A stretch of 35,951 bases of DNA. Origin: a virus (taxonomy: Duplodnaviria; Heunggongvirae; Uroviricota; Caudoviricetes). Position 1 is the first letter of the stretch. The number at the start of each line of letters is the position of its first letter. Made by a program: the position numbers and the translations under genes. Below, in pieces: positions 1 through 8,851 of the stretch. The DNA is taken from the IMG/VR virus record IMGVR_UViG_2711768050_000003; one strand, given 5' to 3'. Below the pieces are notes generated by a model. It did not search any database. It saw only the letters and a list, made by a program, of their open reading frames with translations, and was not told where the DNA came from.

Positions 1-1254
1 ATGCTGGAACAAATGGGCATTGCCGCGAAGCAAGCCTCGTATAAATTAGCGCAACTCTCCAGCCGCGAAAAAAATCGCGTGCTGGAAAAAATCGCCGATG
101 AACTGGAAGCACAAAGCGAAATCATCCTCAACGCTAACGCCCAGGATGTTGCTGACGCGCGTGCCAATGGCCTTGGCGAAGCGATGCTTGACCGTCTGGC
201 ACTGACGCCCGCACGGCTGAAAGGCATTGCCGATGATGTGCGCCAGGTGTGTAACCTCGCCGATCCGGTGGGGCAGGTAATCGATGGCAGCGTACTGGAC
301 AGCGGCCTGCGTCTTGAGCGTCGTCGCGTACCGCTGGGGGTTATTGGCGTGATTTATGAAGCGCGCCCGAACGTGACGGTTGATGTCGCTTCGCTGTGCC
401 TGAAAACCGGTAATGCGGTGATCCTGCGCGGTGGCAAAGAAACGTGTCGCACTAACGCTGCAACGGTGGCGGTGATTCAGGACGCCCTGAAATCCTGCGG
501 CTTACCGGCGGGTGCCGTGCAGGCGATTGATAATCCTGACCGTGCGCTGGTCAGTGAAATGCTGCGTATGGATAAATACATCGACATGCTGATCCCGCGT
601 GGTGGCGCTGGTTTGCATAAACTGTGCCGTGAACAGTCGACAATCCCGGTGATCACAGGTGGTATAGGCGTATGCCATATTTACGTTGATGAAAGTGTAG
701 AGATCGCTGAAGCATTAAAAGTGATCGTCAACGCGAAAACTCAGCGTCCGAGCACATGTAATACGGTTGAAACGTTGCTGGTGAATAAAAACATCGCCGA
801 TAGCTTCCTGCCCGCATTAAGCAAACAAATGGCGGAAAGCGGCGTGACATTACACGCAGATGCAGCTGCACTGGCGCAGTTGCAGGCAGGCCCTGCGAAG
901 GTGGTTGCTGTTAAAGCCGAAGAGTATGACGATGAGTTTCTGTCATTAGATTTGAACGTCAAAATCGTCAGCGATCTTGACGATGCCATCGCCCATATTC
1001 GTGAACACGGCACACAACACTCCGATGCGATCCTGACCCGCGATATGCGCAACGCCCAGCGTTTTGTTAACGAAGTGGATTCGTCCGCTGTTTACGTTAA
1101 CGCCTCTACGCGTTTTACCGACGGCGGCCAGTTTGGTCTGGGTGCGGAAGTGGCGGTAAGCACACAAAAACTCCACGCGCGTGGCCCAATGGGGCTGGAA
1201 GCACTGACCACTTACAAGTGGATCGGCATTGGTGATTACACCATTCGTGCGTAA
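1..1254 (+). CDS. proA: gamma-glutamyl phosphate reductase (proline biosynthesis)
   Basis: 417-aa ORF starting at base 1; translation recognised as essentially full-length enterobacterial ProA; its chromosomal neighbour thrW follows. Confidence 0.93.
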   Translation: MLEQMGIAAKQASYKLAQLSSREKNRVLEKIADELEAQSEIILNANAQDVADARANGLGEAMLDRLALTPARLKGIADDVRQVCNLADPVGQVIDGSVLDSGLRLERRRVPLGVIGVIYEARPNVTVDVASLCLKTGNAVILRGGKETCRTNAATVAVIQDALKSCGLPAGAVQAIDNPDRALVSEMLRMDKYIDMLIPRGGAGLHKLCREQSTIPVITGGIGVCHIYVDESVEIAEALKVIVNAKTQRPSTCNTVETLLVNKNIADSFLPALSKQMAESGVTLHADAAALAQLQAGPAKVVAVKAEEYDDEFLSLDLNVKIVSDLDDAIAHIREHGTQHSDAILTRDMRNAQRFVNEVDSSAVYVNASTRFTDGGQFGLGAEVAVSTQKLHARGPMGLEALTTYKWIGIGDYTIRA

Positions 1255-1368
1255 ATAAAACCGGGTGATGCAAAAGTAGCCATTTGATTCACAAGGCCAT
1301 TGACGCATCGCCCGGTTAGTTTTAACCTTGTCCACCGTGATTCACGTTCGTGAACATGTCCTTTCAGG

Positions 1369-1444
1369 GCCGATATAGCTCAGTTGGTAGAGCAGCGCAT
1401 TCGTAATGCGAAGGTCGTAGGTTCGACTCCTATTATCGGCACCA
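1369..1444 (+). tRNA. thrW: tRNA-Thr (anticodon CGU)
   Basis: 76-nt sequence GCCGATATAGCTCAGTTGG...GGTTCGACTCC...GGCACCA with D-loop, T-loop, anticodon loop CATTCGTAATG and encoded CCA; matches remembered E. coli thrW. Confidence 0.9.
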
Positions 1445-1458
1445 TTTAAATCAATAAG
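1399..1458. other. Probable attL region (3' part of thrW plus junction); exact core not determinable without attR
   Basis: tRNA-targeting tyrosine integrases recombine within the tRNA 3' end; the int stop lies 15 nt after the tRNA. Boundaries are approximate. Confidence 0.3.
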
Positions 1459-2622
1459 TTACACATCATTAGTACCTTCCTTATTTATTGACTGGGACAA
1501 ATTTGGGACCGATGGGTTCAGGATCGAGTCTATTTGCCGTGCGTGTTCGGTAAGGTGATTAGGTGCAAGGTGAGCATATCGACGAACCATTTCGATAGAC
1601 TCCCAGCCTCCCATTTCCTGTAACACTGACAACGGGACTCCGGCTTGAACCAGCCAACTTGCCCAGGTGTGTCTCAGGTCGTGAAATCTGAAATCATCAA
1701 TACCAGCCCGTCTCAGCGCCGCTTTCCAGGCTGTGTTTGCGTCATACCGCATCTTCCTTACTGTTGGCGCTTTCGTTCCGTCTGGTTTGGTACAGCTTTC
1801 CTTGTACACAAATACCCAACGGTGATGATTCCCGATTTGTTTTTTCAAAACGCGACATGCAGTATCATTCAGCGCAACGCCGATTGCGCGGTTTGATTTA
1901 CTCTCTTCCGGGTTTATCCATGCCACCCGGCGCTGCATATCTATTTGTTGCCATTCAAGGTTGATGATGTTCGAGCGTCTTAAGCCTGTTGCCAGTGCAA
2001 ATTCAACAACAGACTTTAATGGCTCCGGACATTCATCAATCAGCCTTTGTGCTTCATGGGGCTCCAGCCAGCGGATCCGTTTATTCTTTGGTTGAGGCAC
2101 TTTAATAATTGGTGCCTTATCCAGCATTTTCCATTCACGCTCTGCGGCTCTTAGTAGGGCCTTTATAAATGAAAGATGCGTAGCCTTCGTTGCAACGGAC
2201 GCTGGTTTTGGCGTGTATTCTGGAACAGGTTTCCCTTTTTTTCTGCATGCTTCTGCCCTGAGTTTCCAGTTTTCCTCATGACGCCGGTTCGTCATTTTCT
2301 GCATTGCTGAATAAATTTTTGATTCAGTAATGTCTCTTAGTTGCATTCCTGCGAAATGTTGAAGCCAGAATCCGATCCGGCTTTTGTCATCGTCCAGTGA
2401 TTTTTTATGTGCTTTCTCTTCAAGCCACCTGACACATGCTTCCTCGAACGTTATATCAGGTATTTCACCAAGTTTACTGACCCGCCATGCTTCAGCCTTT
2501 AGCTTGTCATGGAGTTCTGTCGCCTGCCTTTTGTCCTTTGTTCCAAGAGACTGTTTAAATCTTTTACCGTTCGGCAATGTGAAACTGGCGTACCATATTT
2601 CACCTCTGCGGAAGAGTGACAT
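1459..2622 (-). CDS. int: phage integrase, tyrosine recombinase
   Basis: 387 aa; N-terminus [14 protein letters not shown] typical of lambdoid integrases; C-terminal catalytic motifs ([18 protein letters not shown] with the Tyr); adjacent to the tRNA. Confidence 0.9.
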   Translation of the reverse strand: MSLFRRGEIWYASFTLPNGKRFKQSLGTKDKRQATELHDKLKAEAWRVSKLGEIPDITFEEACVRWLEEKAHKKSLDDDKSRIGFWLQHFAGMQLRDITESKIYSAMQKMTNRRHEENWKLRAEACRKKGKPVPEYTPKPASVATKATHLSFIKALLRAAEREWKMLDKAPIIKVPQPKNKRIRWLEPHEAQRLIDECPEPLKSVVEFALATGLRRSNIINLEWQQIDMQRRVAWINPEESKSNRAIGVALNDTACRVLKKQIGNHHRWVFVYKESCTKPDGTKAPTVRKMRYDANTAWKAALRRAGIDDFRFHDLRHTWASWLVQAGVPLSVLQEMGGWESIEMVRRYAHLAPNHLTEHARQIDSILNPSVPNLSQSINKEGTNDV

Positions 2623-2849
2623 TTTCTTTCCTCTGTTATGCCATCACCCGCGCTCACCTGGACAGTATGCAGCGGAGACTGAAGAGCCGCAATGCAGGCT
2701 TGTCGTGTTGTGAGGTAAGGAGATTTATTCTTAGTGGGATCTTTGCGTGTTGCCTGAAGACGCCCTGTGCGTATCCAGTTAATAGCAGTCGGTCTGGATA
2801 TCTTGAGAAAATGACAGGCCTCATCGAGTGTGAGGCTGTATGGCTCCAT
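2499..2849 (-). CDS. xis: excisionase-like HTH protein (AlpA/Xis family)
   Basis: Internal ATG at 2849 gives [31 protein letters not shown], a typical excisionase HTH; ATGA overlap with the upstream gene stop. The frame stays open to 2499, so it overlaps int by 124 nt. Confidence 0.55.
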   Translation of the reverse strand: MEPYSLTLDEACHFLKISRPTAINWIRTGRLQATRKDPTKNKSPYLTTRQACIAALQSPLHTVQVSAGDGITEERKCHSSAEVKYGTPVSHCRTVKDLNSLLEQRTKGRRQNSMTS

Positions 2850-3193
2850 TATTTCACCTCTTGCTGTGACATTGTTGAAAAACGGATACCAGCTCGTTGC
2901 TGCCAGACGATCCAACTGAGAGTCATATCCCATGCCATGTATTCGTTATCGCCGTTTTTTGCTCTCCGACGATCGACTGTTTTACCGAAACGCTTTTCCA
3001 TAAATAATTCATAGGCTGCGCGTTCATCTGGCTCAACTTCCAGAGATGCCAGTGCAATCCGTGCCAGTTCTAAATCATTTTCAAGCTCAGCGCGAATCTC
3101 AGCGAATGCACTCTGTGTTAAGGCGAACTCAATGCTCTGCACTTTATTCCGTGCGCGCTCAAGCAGTGCATGGTAGTTAATTTCGGTTGTCAT
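2849..3193 (-). CDS. hypothetical early protein
   Basis: 114-aa ORF with GAGGTAGGGG RBS; ATGA-type overlaps with both neighbouring genes suggest translational coupling. Confidence 0.5.
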   Translation of the reverse strand: MTTEINYHALLERARNKVQSIEFALTQSAFAEIRAELENDLELARIALASLEVEPDERAAYELFMEKRFGKTVDRRRAKNGDNEYMAWDMTLSWIVWQQRAGIRFSTMSQQEVK

Positions 3194-4062
3194 ACCCCTA
3201 CCTCTTCGAATTCCAATTGATCACCCCAGATTTCACATGACTCTGAACACGAACCGGTATCGAATCGCCTGGCCTGTACCATCGCCTGATACAAATTTCT
3301 GTAGTCGCTGTTGGCAGACATTCTGGCAATTCCGTCAAGCGTCAGGTGACCACGGTACATAATGTCTTTACCTGTTCTGCGATGACCATCCCTGACGTGT
3401 TTGCCTGTAACCAGCTCATTAAAAACTCGCATCAGACCTGGTTCGTCTTTACATGCAAGCCCCAGCTTTTGCGTTGACTTTTTGATGCAGAAAACACAGT
3501 TCCCGAGATGCTCCGGGATTTGCAAATCAAAAGGTTGTTTTCGCCACCACCGGATAACATCCGACTTATCAAAATCTGATAGCTCGGCAAGATACCGGAC
3601 GCCCGATTTCGGTTTCAGCCTACGGGGTTCGTCTGCACGAATACCCAGCCATGTGATGTAATTACCTCGCCCGAAATGGTTATCGCAGTATTTCGTGAAA
3701 GGGATGAGTTTTAGCCTGTCAGTACAGAACGCGCCGCCGATGTATGGCGTGCCGTACTTTTTAACCATGTCCATAAACGGTTTAAGCACCGGCATTCGTG
3801 TCTGAATATCCTTTGGCTCCCATTCTGTATAACCATTTGGCTGCCCAAGCTCAGGATTTATATCGACCTGTAACAAAGTTAGTGGTATGTCCCAGAACTT
3901 TACAACCTCCCGGATAAAGCGGTATGTCAGCGGATGTTCGCAACCGGTATCCATAAAGATGTAGCAGACGTTATTGCCAGCCTTTCTTTGTTCTTCCATC
4001 AGGTGAACAAGATATGCGGATGTTCTCCCGCCAGAAAAACTAACTACATGAGTTATGCACAT
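3190..4062 (-). CDS. phosphoadenosine phosphosulfate (PAPS) reductase-family protein, phage type
   Basis: N-terminal VVSFSGGRTSAY PP-loop-like motif typical of the PAPS-reductase/ATP-PPase fold; start chosen at the ATG just before the motif (4062), alternative start at 4179. Confidence 0.55.
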   Translation of the reverse strand: MCITHVVSFSGGRTSAYLVHLMEEQRKAGNNVCYIFMDTGCEHPLTYRFIREVVKFWDIPLTLLQVDINPELGQPNGYTEWEPKDIQTRMPVLKPFMDMVKKYGTPYIGGAFCTDRLKLIPFTKYCDNHFGRGNYITWLGIRADEPRRLKPKSGVRYLAELSDFDKSDVIRWWRKQPFDLQIPEHLGNCVFCIKKSTQKLGLACKDEPGLMRVFNELVTGKHVRDGHRRTGKDIMYRGHLTLDGIARMSANSDYRNLYQAMVQARRFDTGSCSESCEIWGDQLEFEEVGV

Positions 4063-4589
4063 TTGCGTAATTCCGATAACTCGTTGAAGCGTTCCATAAA
4101 CATCCCGTAGGCATGGCCCGGTGCCAGTGGAATAACTTTGAACATCTCTGTTGCCGGGATACCTTCCAGTACAGGCCATAAAGAGCCATCATCAAGCCCG
4201 AGATCACGGCGTTCGGTTGCCAGCATAATGAGATCGGCATATTTCACTGGCGTGCTCATAACAGGAGGTAACCCGTATTTCTCACGGATTACTGCATCTA
4301 TTTTTTCTTCCATCCGTTTATAGTCAGGAAGAAGGCGTTTCAGTGGTGCGGGGATGTCCTGGCAATACGCTTCTGTTGCATCATGCATTAACGCTTCAAA
4401 AGCAAATTCCTGCGGCACCAGCTGGCTGCAAAGCACCGCATGTTGGGCGACACTGTAGAAGTGAGAAAGATGACCGGCAAAGCGACAGATATTTGAAAGA
4501 GAAACCGCGATATCGTTAATCACGATGTCGTCTTTATTTATCTTGTCATAATAAAAATGCTTCCCGGAAAAAGTTTTAATAAATGACAT
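4053..4589 (-). CDS. HD-domain phosphohydrolase (YfdR-like 5'-deoxynucleotidase family)
   Basis: 178 aa from the ATG at 4589, preceded by a GGAG RBS; HD-superfamily residues (ICRFAGH, MHDATEAY); length matches remembered E. coli prophage protein YfdR. Confidence 0.65.
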   Translation of the reverse strand: MSFIKTFSGKHFYYDKINKDDIVINDIAVSLSNICRFAGHLSHFYSVAQHAVLCSQLVPQEFAFEALMHDATEAYCQDIPAPLKRLLPDYKRMEEKIDAVIREKYGLPPVMSTPVKYADLIMLATERRDLGLDDGSLWPVLEGIPATEMFKVIPLAPGHAYGMFMERFNELSELRKCA

Positions 4590-4716
4590 TTTGTTCTCCA
4601 CGTATATGCGCTGCACCGCGCTGAGTTTGGGTAAAAGGAAGCCCTCACCATCCGGTGATTATTGAGTTAATTACGTTTCCATAAATGCCCCCGCAGGGGC
4701 ATTTGCAGTAATGAAA

Positions 4717-5541
4717 TCAGGCGGTGAAAGTGCCAATAAAGGTTTCTACTTTGCTGTCTTTGAATTTCTCAACAAGCAGATCACGAAATTCGTTAGCCAT
4801 ATCTTCCTGCACTGCTTCCAGCTGAATAATGCGCAGAACCAGTACAGGACGATCGCCAGTGATAATGCTGAGGCGTAATTTAAACGGACGTTCTTTCAGA
4901 CCTTCAAACGGAACGCATTTAAATTCAAATGCCACTGGCATAATGTCTTTGGTCTTCGCTTCGACAGATTCCATCAGGGAGCGTTTGCCGCTGAAGTCAT
5001 TATCTTCAAAATCAGCGGTCTGGTTTGCTTCAATCGTGATTTTACGGATTGCCGCAGCCGCTTTTGTTGCCTGAATGGCGTCACCATTAGCATCAAAGCC
5101 CACAAGGTAGTCGGCCCAGTCTTCAATCCATTCTGCCAGTGATTTCTGGGAGTTACGCTCGCCGTTAACAGACAACAGGGCAGAGAACGGTGCTGTCTTT
5201 TTCAGTTTGAGAGTGGCGGTGTTATCTGCGTGACCTGGTTCATCAATAGTACCTAGGTTAAGCACACTGACGGCACGCATATTATCAGCATCGATAAAGC
5301 AGCGGGTGCCTTCATCTGCAAGATCTTTAGAATAACGGGTAAAGTCATCGATGCTGGCAGTGGAAAGCGCACCACGGAAACGGAAGCGATTTAAATTAAA
5401 TTTTTCCAGATCATGAATGCGGAAATTCTCAGGCAATGCCACAGCATCGGCACCAATCTTACTGATAATTTCATTAACACCCTGAGCAGAAATAAGGGCA
5501 TGGATTTGATTAATTGCGGTTGCGTCTAAGTTCTGAGACAT
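4717..5541 (-). CDS. YfdQ-like prophage protein (DUF2303-type), function unknown
   Basis: 274 aa, GAGGAC RBS; sits next to the YfdR-like and YfdP-like genes as in the remembered CPS-53 yfdP-yfdQ-yfdR module. Confidence 0.55.
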
Positions 5542-5606
5542 AATAAGTCCTCACTATATAAAGATATTCAGTGATGAGATAAATAATCAGTTAATTAAAA
5601 ACGATA

Positions 5607-5969
5607 TTAACGACCTGCTGCGCGGAGTTTTCCGTCAGGTTCACCGGCAAGAGTCAGCAACTGTCCCTGGTCTTCCTGCAGAATAGTCAGGCGACCACCG
5701 CGATTGACATACATCGGCGTTTCGGTGGTGTCTTCTTCGGAAATTTTCCCGCGGTTAGTCGGGCGAACATATGAGAGTTTGTGTTTGATTTTCACTCGGT
5801 TCTCATCAAACGGTTCGATTTCTAGGTTGAGCGAGACCTTACCTTTGGTTTTCGTGTTCATCACACCGGAAGCGACTTCACTGAGTACTGCGCCGATTTT
5901 GGTTTCAAATACGCCGCCGTCCAGCTCCCTGATAAATGCCTGCACATCAGTACTGCGTTCGCTAGCCAT
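5607..5969 (-). CDS. YfdP-like prophage protein, function unknown
   Basis: Start at the internal ATG (MASERSTDVQ...) with GAGGAG RBS; the longer 226-aa six-frame ORF would run through GC-rich structured DNA with junk-like translation. Confidence 0.5.
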   Translation of the reverse strand: MASERSTDVQAFIRELDGGVFETKIGAVLSEVASGVMNTKTKGKVSLNLEIEPFDENRVKIKHKLSYVRPTNRGKISEEDTTETPMYVNRGGRLTILQEDQGQLLTLAGEPDGKLRAAGR

Positions 5970-6017
5970 TTTGCTGCTCCTCATCATATCGACCCTGCAA
6001 GGCCGGTTAGTTTCTCC

Positions 6018-6106
6018 ACAAAACAGAGAAGAACACCTGCGGTGACTGCCGCCCGGATGGATTGGGTTATGAGCCCGTCGTCCGGTGATGCTCTTCTCTG
6101 TTTTGT
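6018..6106. repeat. Long inverted repeat: 14-15-bp perfect stem (ACAAAACAGAGAAG / CTTCTCTGTTTTGT) closing a ~60-nt GC-rich loop
   Basis: Direct reading of both arms; located 48 nt upstream of the YfdP-like start in the leftward transcript. Confidence 0.6.
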
Positions 6107-6115
6107 AAAAAGGAC

Positions 6116-6150
6116 GGTACCAGCCGGAAGCAAGGGTACAAGCTGGTACC
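6116..6150. repeat. Perfect 9-bp hairpin GGTACCAGC-N17-GCTGGTACC containing GGTACAAG
   Basis: Direct reading; three GGTAC(A/C) motifs, and GGTACAAG is identical to one arm of the cI/cro operator palindrome at 7975..7995. Confidence 0.55.
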
Positions 6151-6375
6151 GCCAAGACTACACACAGCATAAAGTTGTGGTGCCGGGTGCCTCCCGGTGC
6201 CTGGCGAAGGTTGCACACCAGGCGGGTGGGTATCCACAGAAGGTCGACTGTCAGCCTCAACCTTAACCCGCGTGCGCTGAGCCGCATTCACCACAACGCT
6301 AAGGATTCTCTCTGGTTGAAAATACTTAGCTGTTATGTGCCTGCTTTTAGCCACATCAGGCGAGGTGGACCTAGT

Positions 6376-6422
6376 TATTCCCCAACAACAAGGATTCGGT
6401 TAATCTGGTTATCCCCAACAAC
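6376..6422 (+). repeat. Direct repeat TTAT(T)CCCCAACAAC x2 immediately upstream of the 6438 gene
   Basis: Copies at 6376..6390 and 6409..6422; the second ends about 16 nt before the ATG. Possible regulator-binding or promoter element. Confidence 0.5.
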
Positions 6423-6437
6423 GCAAAAGGAAAAGAA

Positions 6438-6872
6438 ATGTCCGGTAATATCTATACGCTGTACAAATCCCACTGTGAAAATGTTGGAAAGTATCGGGGC
6501 ATTGAAATCAGTGGGGTAGTGTCATCAGTCGAAATAAGCAAAGTTGAATCAAGGGCAACATTACTTACTCTTTTGGACCTTGTCTTACATGAGCACCGGA
6601 AGAAATTCGGCACTCCCTATAATCAGTTGAATGGGAAAAAGGCTCTGGTTCACCTTATTCTGATGAAGCATCACTGGATGCCAAAACAGATTAATGAGAT
6701 GAAATTTGATGAACTTCTTCTTTCAATTCAGGATGAACTCACACTTGATAAAATAAGCGTAACCGCCCAGAAATTTTTAGATTATCGAGACTGGAGATCA
6801 CAAATTCATCACTTTGATGATTTTGACGAAAATGAATGGGATCCTAATTTGTCTGCACAATATCTAAAGTAA
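6438..6872 (+). CDS. hypothetical protein, AT-rich cargo gene transcribed opposite to the early-left operon
   Basis: 144 aa with AAAGGAAAAG RBS; visibly AT-rich against GC-rich flanks; 3' end overlaps the convergent 6844..7050 gene by 29 nt; no recognisable motifs. Confidence 0.55.
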   Translation: MSGNIYTLYKSHCENVGKYRGIEISGVVSSVEISKVESRATLLTLLDLVLHEHRKKFGTPYNQLNGKKALVHLILMKHHWMPKQINEMKFDELLLSIQDELTLDKISVTAQKFLDYRDWRSQIHHFDDFDENEWDPNLSAQYLK

Positions 6873-7050
6873 CATCCTGTGATAAAACCGTGATTTCCTG
6901 ATCCAGTTTTTTTAAGGAGTCTATTGTTTCCTGTCGATAAGACAGCACTTCACGAAGCTGGTTTATAGCTGCCAGCTTCTTTGTCATCCACTCATAAATT
7001 TCCTCATCTGTGTAGCCAGGCGCGACGATTTTGGGTTCTGTTTTGTGCAT
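6844..7050 (-). CDS. hypothetical protein, first gene of the leftward PL operon
   Basis: 68 aa from the internal ATG (MHKTEPKIV...) with GGAGA RBS; lies directly downstream of the predicted PL. Confidence 0.45.
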   Translation of the reverse strand: MHKTEPKIVAPGYTDEEIYEWMTKKLAAINQLREVLSYRQETIDSLKKLDQEITVLSQDVTLDIVQTN

Positions 7051-7109
7051 TTCACATCTCCTCAAGTTATCAGTTACTTGTTGATGGGGACCAGATTGTT
7101 AAAGAGCTA

Positions 7110-7132
7110 AGCGTCCTGTAGGGCGCTTTTTT
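7110..7132 (+). terminator. rho-independent terminator, rightward
   Basis: AGCGTCC-TGTA-GGGCGCT stem-loop followed by TTTTTT; no U-tract on the opposite strand. Confidence 0.5.
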
Positions 7133-7211
7133 GTTGCTAACGAATCATCCTGGACTTCATATGCCCCAAGCGGCTACTTCGTGGGCGTCCTGCCTGTTCG
7201 TTGTTTCTCTT

Positions 7212-7246
7212 GGGTACATTATGTATCTCAAAGGTACATTGTCAAG
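7212..7246 (-). promoter_or_regulatory. PL-like early leftward promoter with overlapping operator half-sites
   Basis: On the minus strand: -35 TTGACA (7240..7245), 16-nt spacer, -10 CATAAT (7218..7223); GGTACA motifs overlap both hexamers. Confidence 0.5.
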
Positions 7247-7249
7247 TAT

Positions 7250-7270
7250 AAAAAAACCTGCCGAAGCAGG
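7250..7270 (-). terminator. rho-independent terminator downstream of cI
   Basis: Minus strand reads CCTGC-TTCG-GCAGG followed by UUUUUUU; 15 nt after the cI stop. Confidence 0.55.
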
Positions 7271-7284
7271 TTCATAAACATTGA

Positions 7285-7959
7285 TTAGGCTTTGATTTTG
7301 TATCTTCTTGGTTTTCCTGAGAAAATCACTGTACCAATTATAGAGCAATTACCGTTGATCTTAATGTAAGGCTCAGGCCAGTTTGGGTTTAACGCTTTGA
7401 GATAACGCTGTGTCCCATCTTCTATCAACCTTTTGAAGGTGGTTTCGCCTGTATCGTGCATCAATGCAATAACGTCGTCACCGTGGCAGGCAGGTACTTC
7501 AGGATCGACAAAAATCATGTCTCCCGGGCGGTACTCATCAATCATTGAATCACCTATCACCCGCAAGATATAAGTCATTTCCCCACAGGGTACAGGGCAG
7601 GGATACGTTTCTGCTGTGCTCAAATCAACCTCAGAATATCCAACTTCTTTCCATGCTCCGGCCTGTACCCATGATATGACAGGGACTAATGTGATTTGTT
7701 TATTAGTGATTGAAACATCAGGTTTTTTTGTGATGTTCGTTGTCTGGTGTTCTTGATCGAGCCATCCGACAGGCAGGTCGAAACATTTTTCGATGTGTCG
7801 TGCCATGCTGTCACCGATATTTTTAGTAGCACCATCTCCCATAAACCTGCTGGTCTGGGTTGGCTCGCGATCAATCATAGTGGCAAAGGAAGAATTCCCG
7901 CCAACACCATCTCTCAGTTTTCTGGCGTTAGACCGCCGGATGTCATGGATTGTTTTCAT
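7285..7959 (-). CDS. cI: CI-like repressor (HTH plus S24 LexA-like autopeptidase domain)
   Basis: 224 aa; C-terminal domain with GDSM (Ser) and FKRL (Lys) dyad; divergent from the cro-like gene across an operator-rich intergenic region. Confidence 0.85.
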   Translation of the reverse strand: MKTIHDIRRSNARKLRDGVGGNSSFATMIDREPTQTSRFMGDGATKNIGDSMARHIEKCFDLPVGWLDQEHQTTNITKKPDVSITNKQITLVPVISWVQAGAWKEVGYSEVDLSTAETYPCPVPCGEMTYILRVIGDSMIDEYRPGDMIFVDPEVPACHGDDVIALMHDTGETTFKRLIEDGTQRYLKALNPNWPEPYIKINGNCSIIGTVIFSGKPRRYKIKA

Positions 7960-7974
7960 AACGAAATTAAAACC

Positions 7975-8044
7975 CTTGTACCGTTAAGGTACAAGTATCT
8001 TGAAGGTTCATTTCAATCATGTAATATGTACACCGGAGGTACAT
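7975..8044. promoter_or_regulatory. OR/PR/PRM-like immunity switch region
   Basis: Perfect palindrome CTTGTACC-GTTAA-GGTACAAG (7975..7995); second GTAC-centred site TGTACACCGGAGGTACA (8027..8043); rightward promoter -35 TTGAAG (8000..8005), 16-nt spacer, -10 TAATAT (8022..8027). Confidence 0.5.
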
Positions 8045-8049
8045 ATTGT

Positions 8050-8250
8050 ATGAAAGCGTATTGGGACTCTTTAACCAAAGAACAGCAGGGCGAGTTGGCC
8101 GGAAAAGTTGGCTCAACACCTGGCTACTTACGGCTGGTTTTCAATGGCTATAAAAAAGCCAGTTTTGTGCTGGCTAAAAAACTTGAGCAATGCACGTCAG
8201 GTGCAATTACGAAATCTGACTTAAGACCGGATATCTATCCGAAAGATTAG
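8050..8250 (+). CDS. cro: Cro-like repressor (YdaS/Cro family HTH)
   Basis: 66 aa from the ATG at 8050 with GGAGG RBS; divergent from cI; resembles YdaS-type Cro proteins. Confidence 0.65.
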   Translation: MKAYWDSLTKEQQGELAGKVGSTPGYLRLVFNGYKKASFVLAKKLEQCTSGAITKSDLRPDIYPKD

Positions 8251-8281
8251 CAGAACACTTTCAATTTTTAACCACAGAACG

Positions 8282-8851
8282 ATGAGGCTAACCGTGGGTA
8301 AGCATCACTGGAAAATAGAAAAACAGCCTGAGTGGTACGTGAAAGCTGTCAGAAAAACTATCGCGGCGTTGCCGGGTGGTTACGCTGAAGCGGCTGACTG
8401 GCTCGATGTAACAGAAAACGCTTTATTCAACCGCCTTCGTGCAGATGGCGATCAGATTTTCCCGCTGGGATGGGCAATGGTTTTACAGCGTGCTGGTGGC
8501 ACTCACTTCATTGCTGATGCTGTGGCGCAGTCTGCAAATGGCGTCTTTGTGTCTCTTCCTGACGTCGAGGATGTGGACAACGCCGATATCAACCAACGCC
8601 TGCTGGAAGTCATTGAACAGATCGGCAGTTATTCAAAACAGATTCGTTCAGCAATCGAAGACGGTGTAGTGGAACCGTATGAGAAGACAGCAATTAACGA
8701 CGAGCTGTATCTCTCAATTTCGAAGCTGCAGGAGCATGCAGCACTTGTCTACAAAATTTTTTGCATTTCAGAAAGTAATGACGCCCGCGAGTGTGCAGCT
8801 CCGGGCGTCGTGGCGTCGATTGCTTCTGGTTGTGGAGAAACTAACGCATGA
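8282..8851 (+). CDS. CII-like / YdaT-type early regulatory protein
   Basis: 189 aa in the position between cro and the replication gene occupied by cII-like regulators in lambdoid prophages; family assignment from memory only. Confidence 0.4.
   Translation: MRLTVGKHHWKIEKQPEWYVKAVRKTIAALPGGYAEAADWLDVTENALFNRLRADGDQIFPLGWAMVLQRAGGTHFIADAVAQSANGVFVSLPDVEDVDNADINQRLLEVIEQIGSYSKQIRSAIEDGVVEPYEKTAINDELYLSISKLQEHAALVYKIFCISESNDARECAAPGVVASIASGCGETNA

Noticed and set aside
1341-1354. Perfect palindrome TTCACG-TT-CGTGAA just upstream of thrW
   Set aside because: Probably a host regulatory or promoter-associated element of the tRNA gene; too short to interpret and unrelated to the prophage.
1255-1368. 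Possible proA terminator and thrW promoter in the proA-thrW spacer
   Set aside because: A long-loop stem (CCGGGTGATGC ... GCATCGCCCGG) and a TTGACG hexamer are visible, but the -10 is unconvincing and the structure is atypical for an intrinsic terminator.
5607-6287. Full 226-aa six-frame ORF on the minus strand
   Set aside because: The N-terminal 106 residues translate GC-rich hairpin DNA into Arg/Cys/His-rich junk with no RBS; an internal ATG with a GAGGAG RBS gives a 120-aa protein matching the expected YfdP-like size.
6000-6437. Retron-like msr/msd ncRNA (long inverted repeats flanking a structured region)
   Set aside because: No reverse transcriptase gene anywhere nearby; inverted repeats alone are not sufficient. 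Kept as an unexplained structured region instead.
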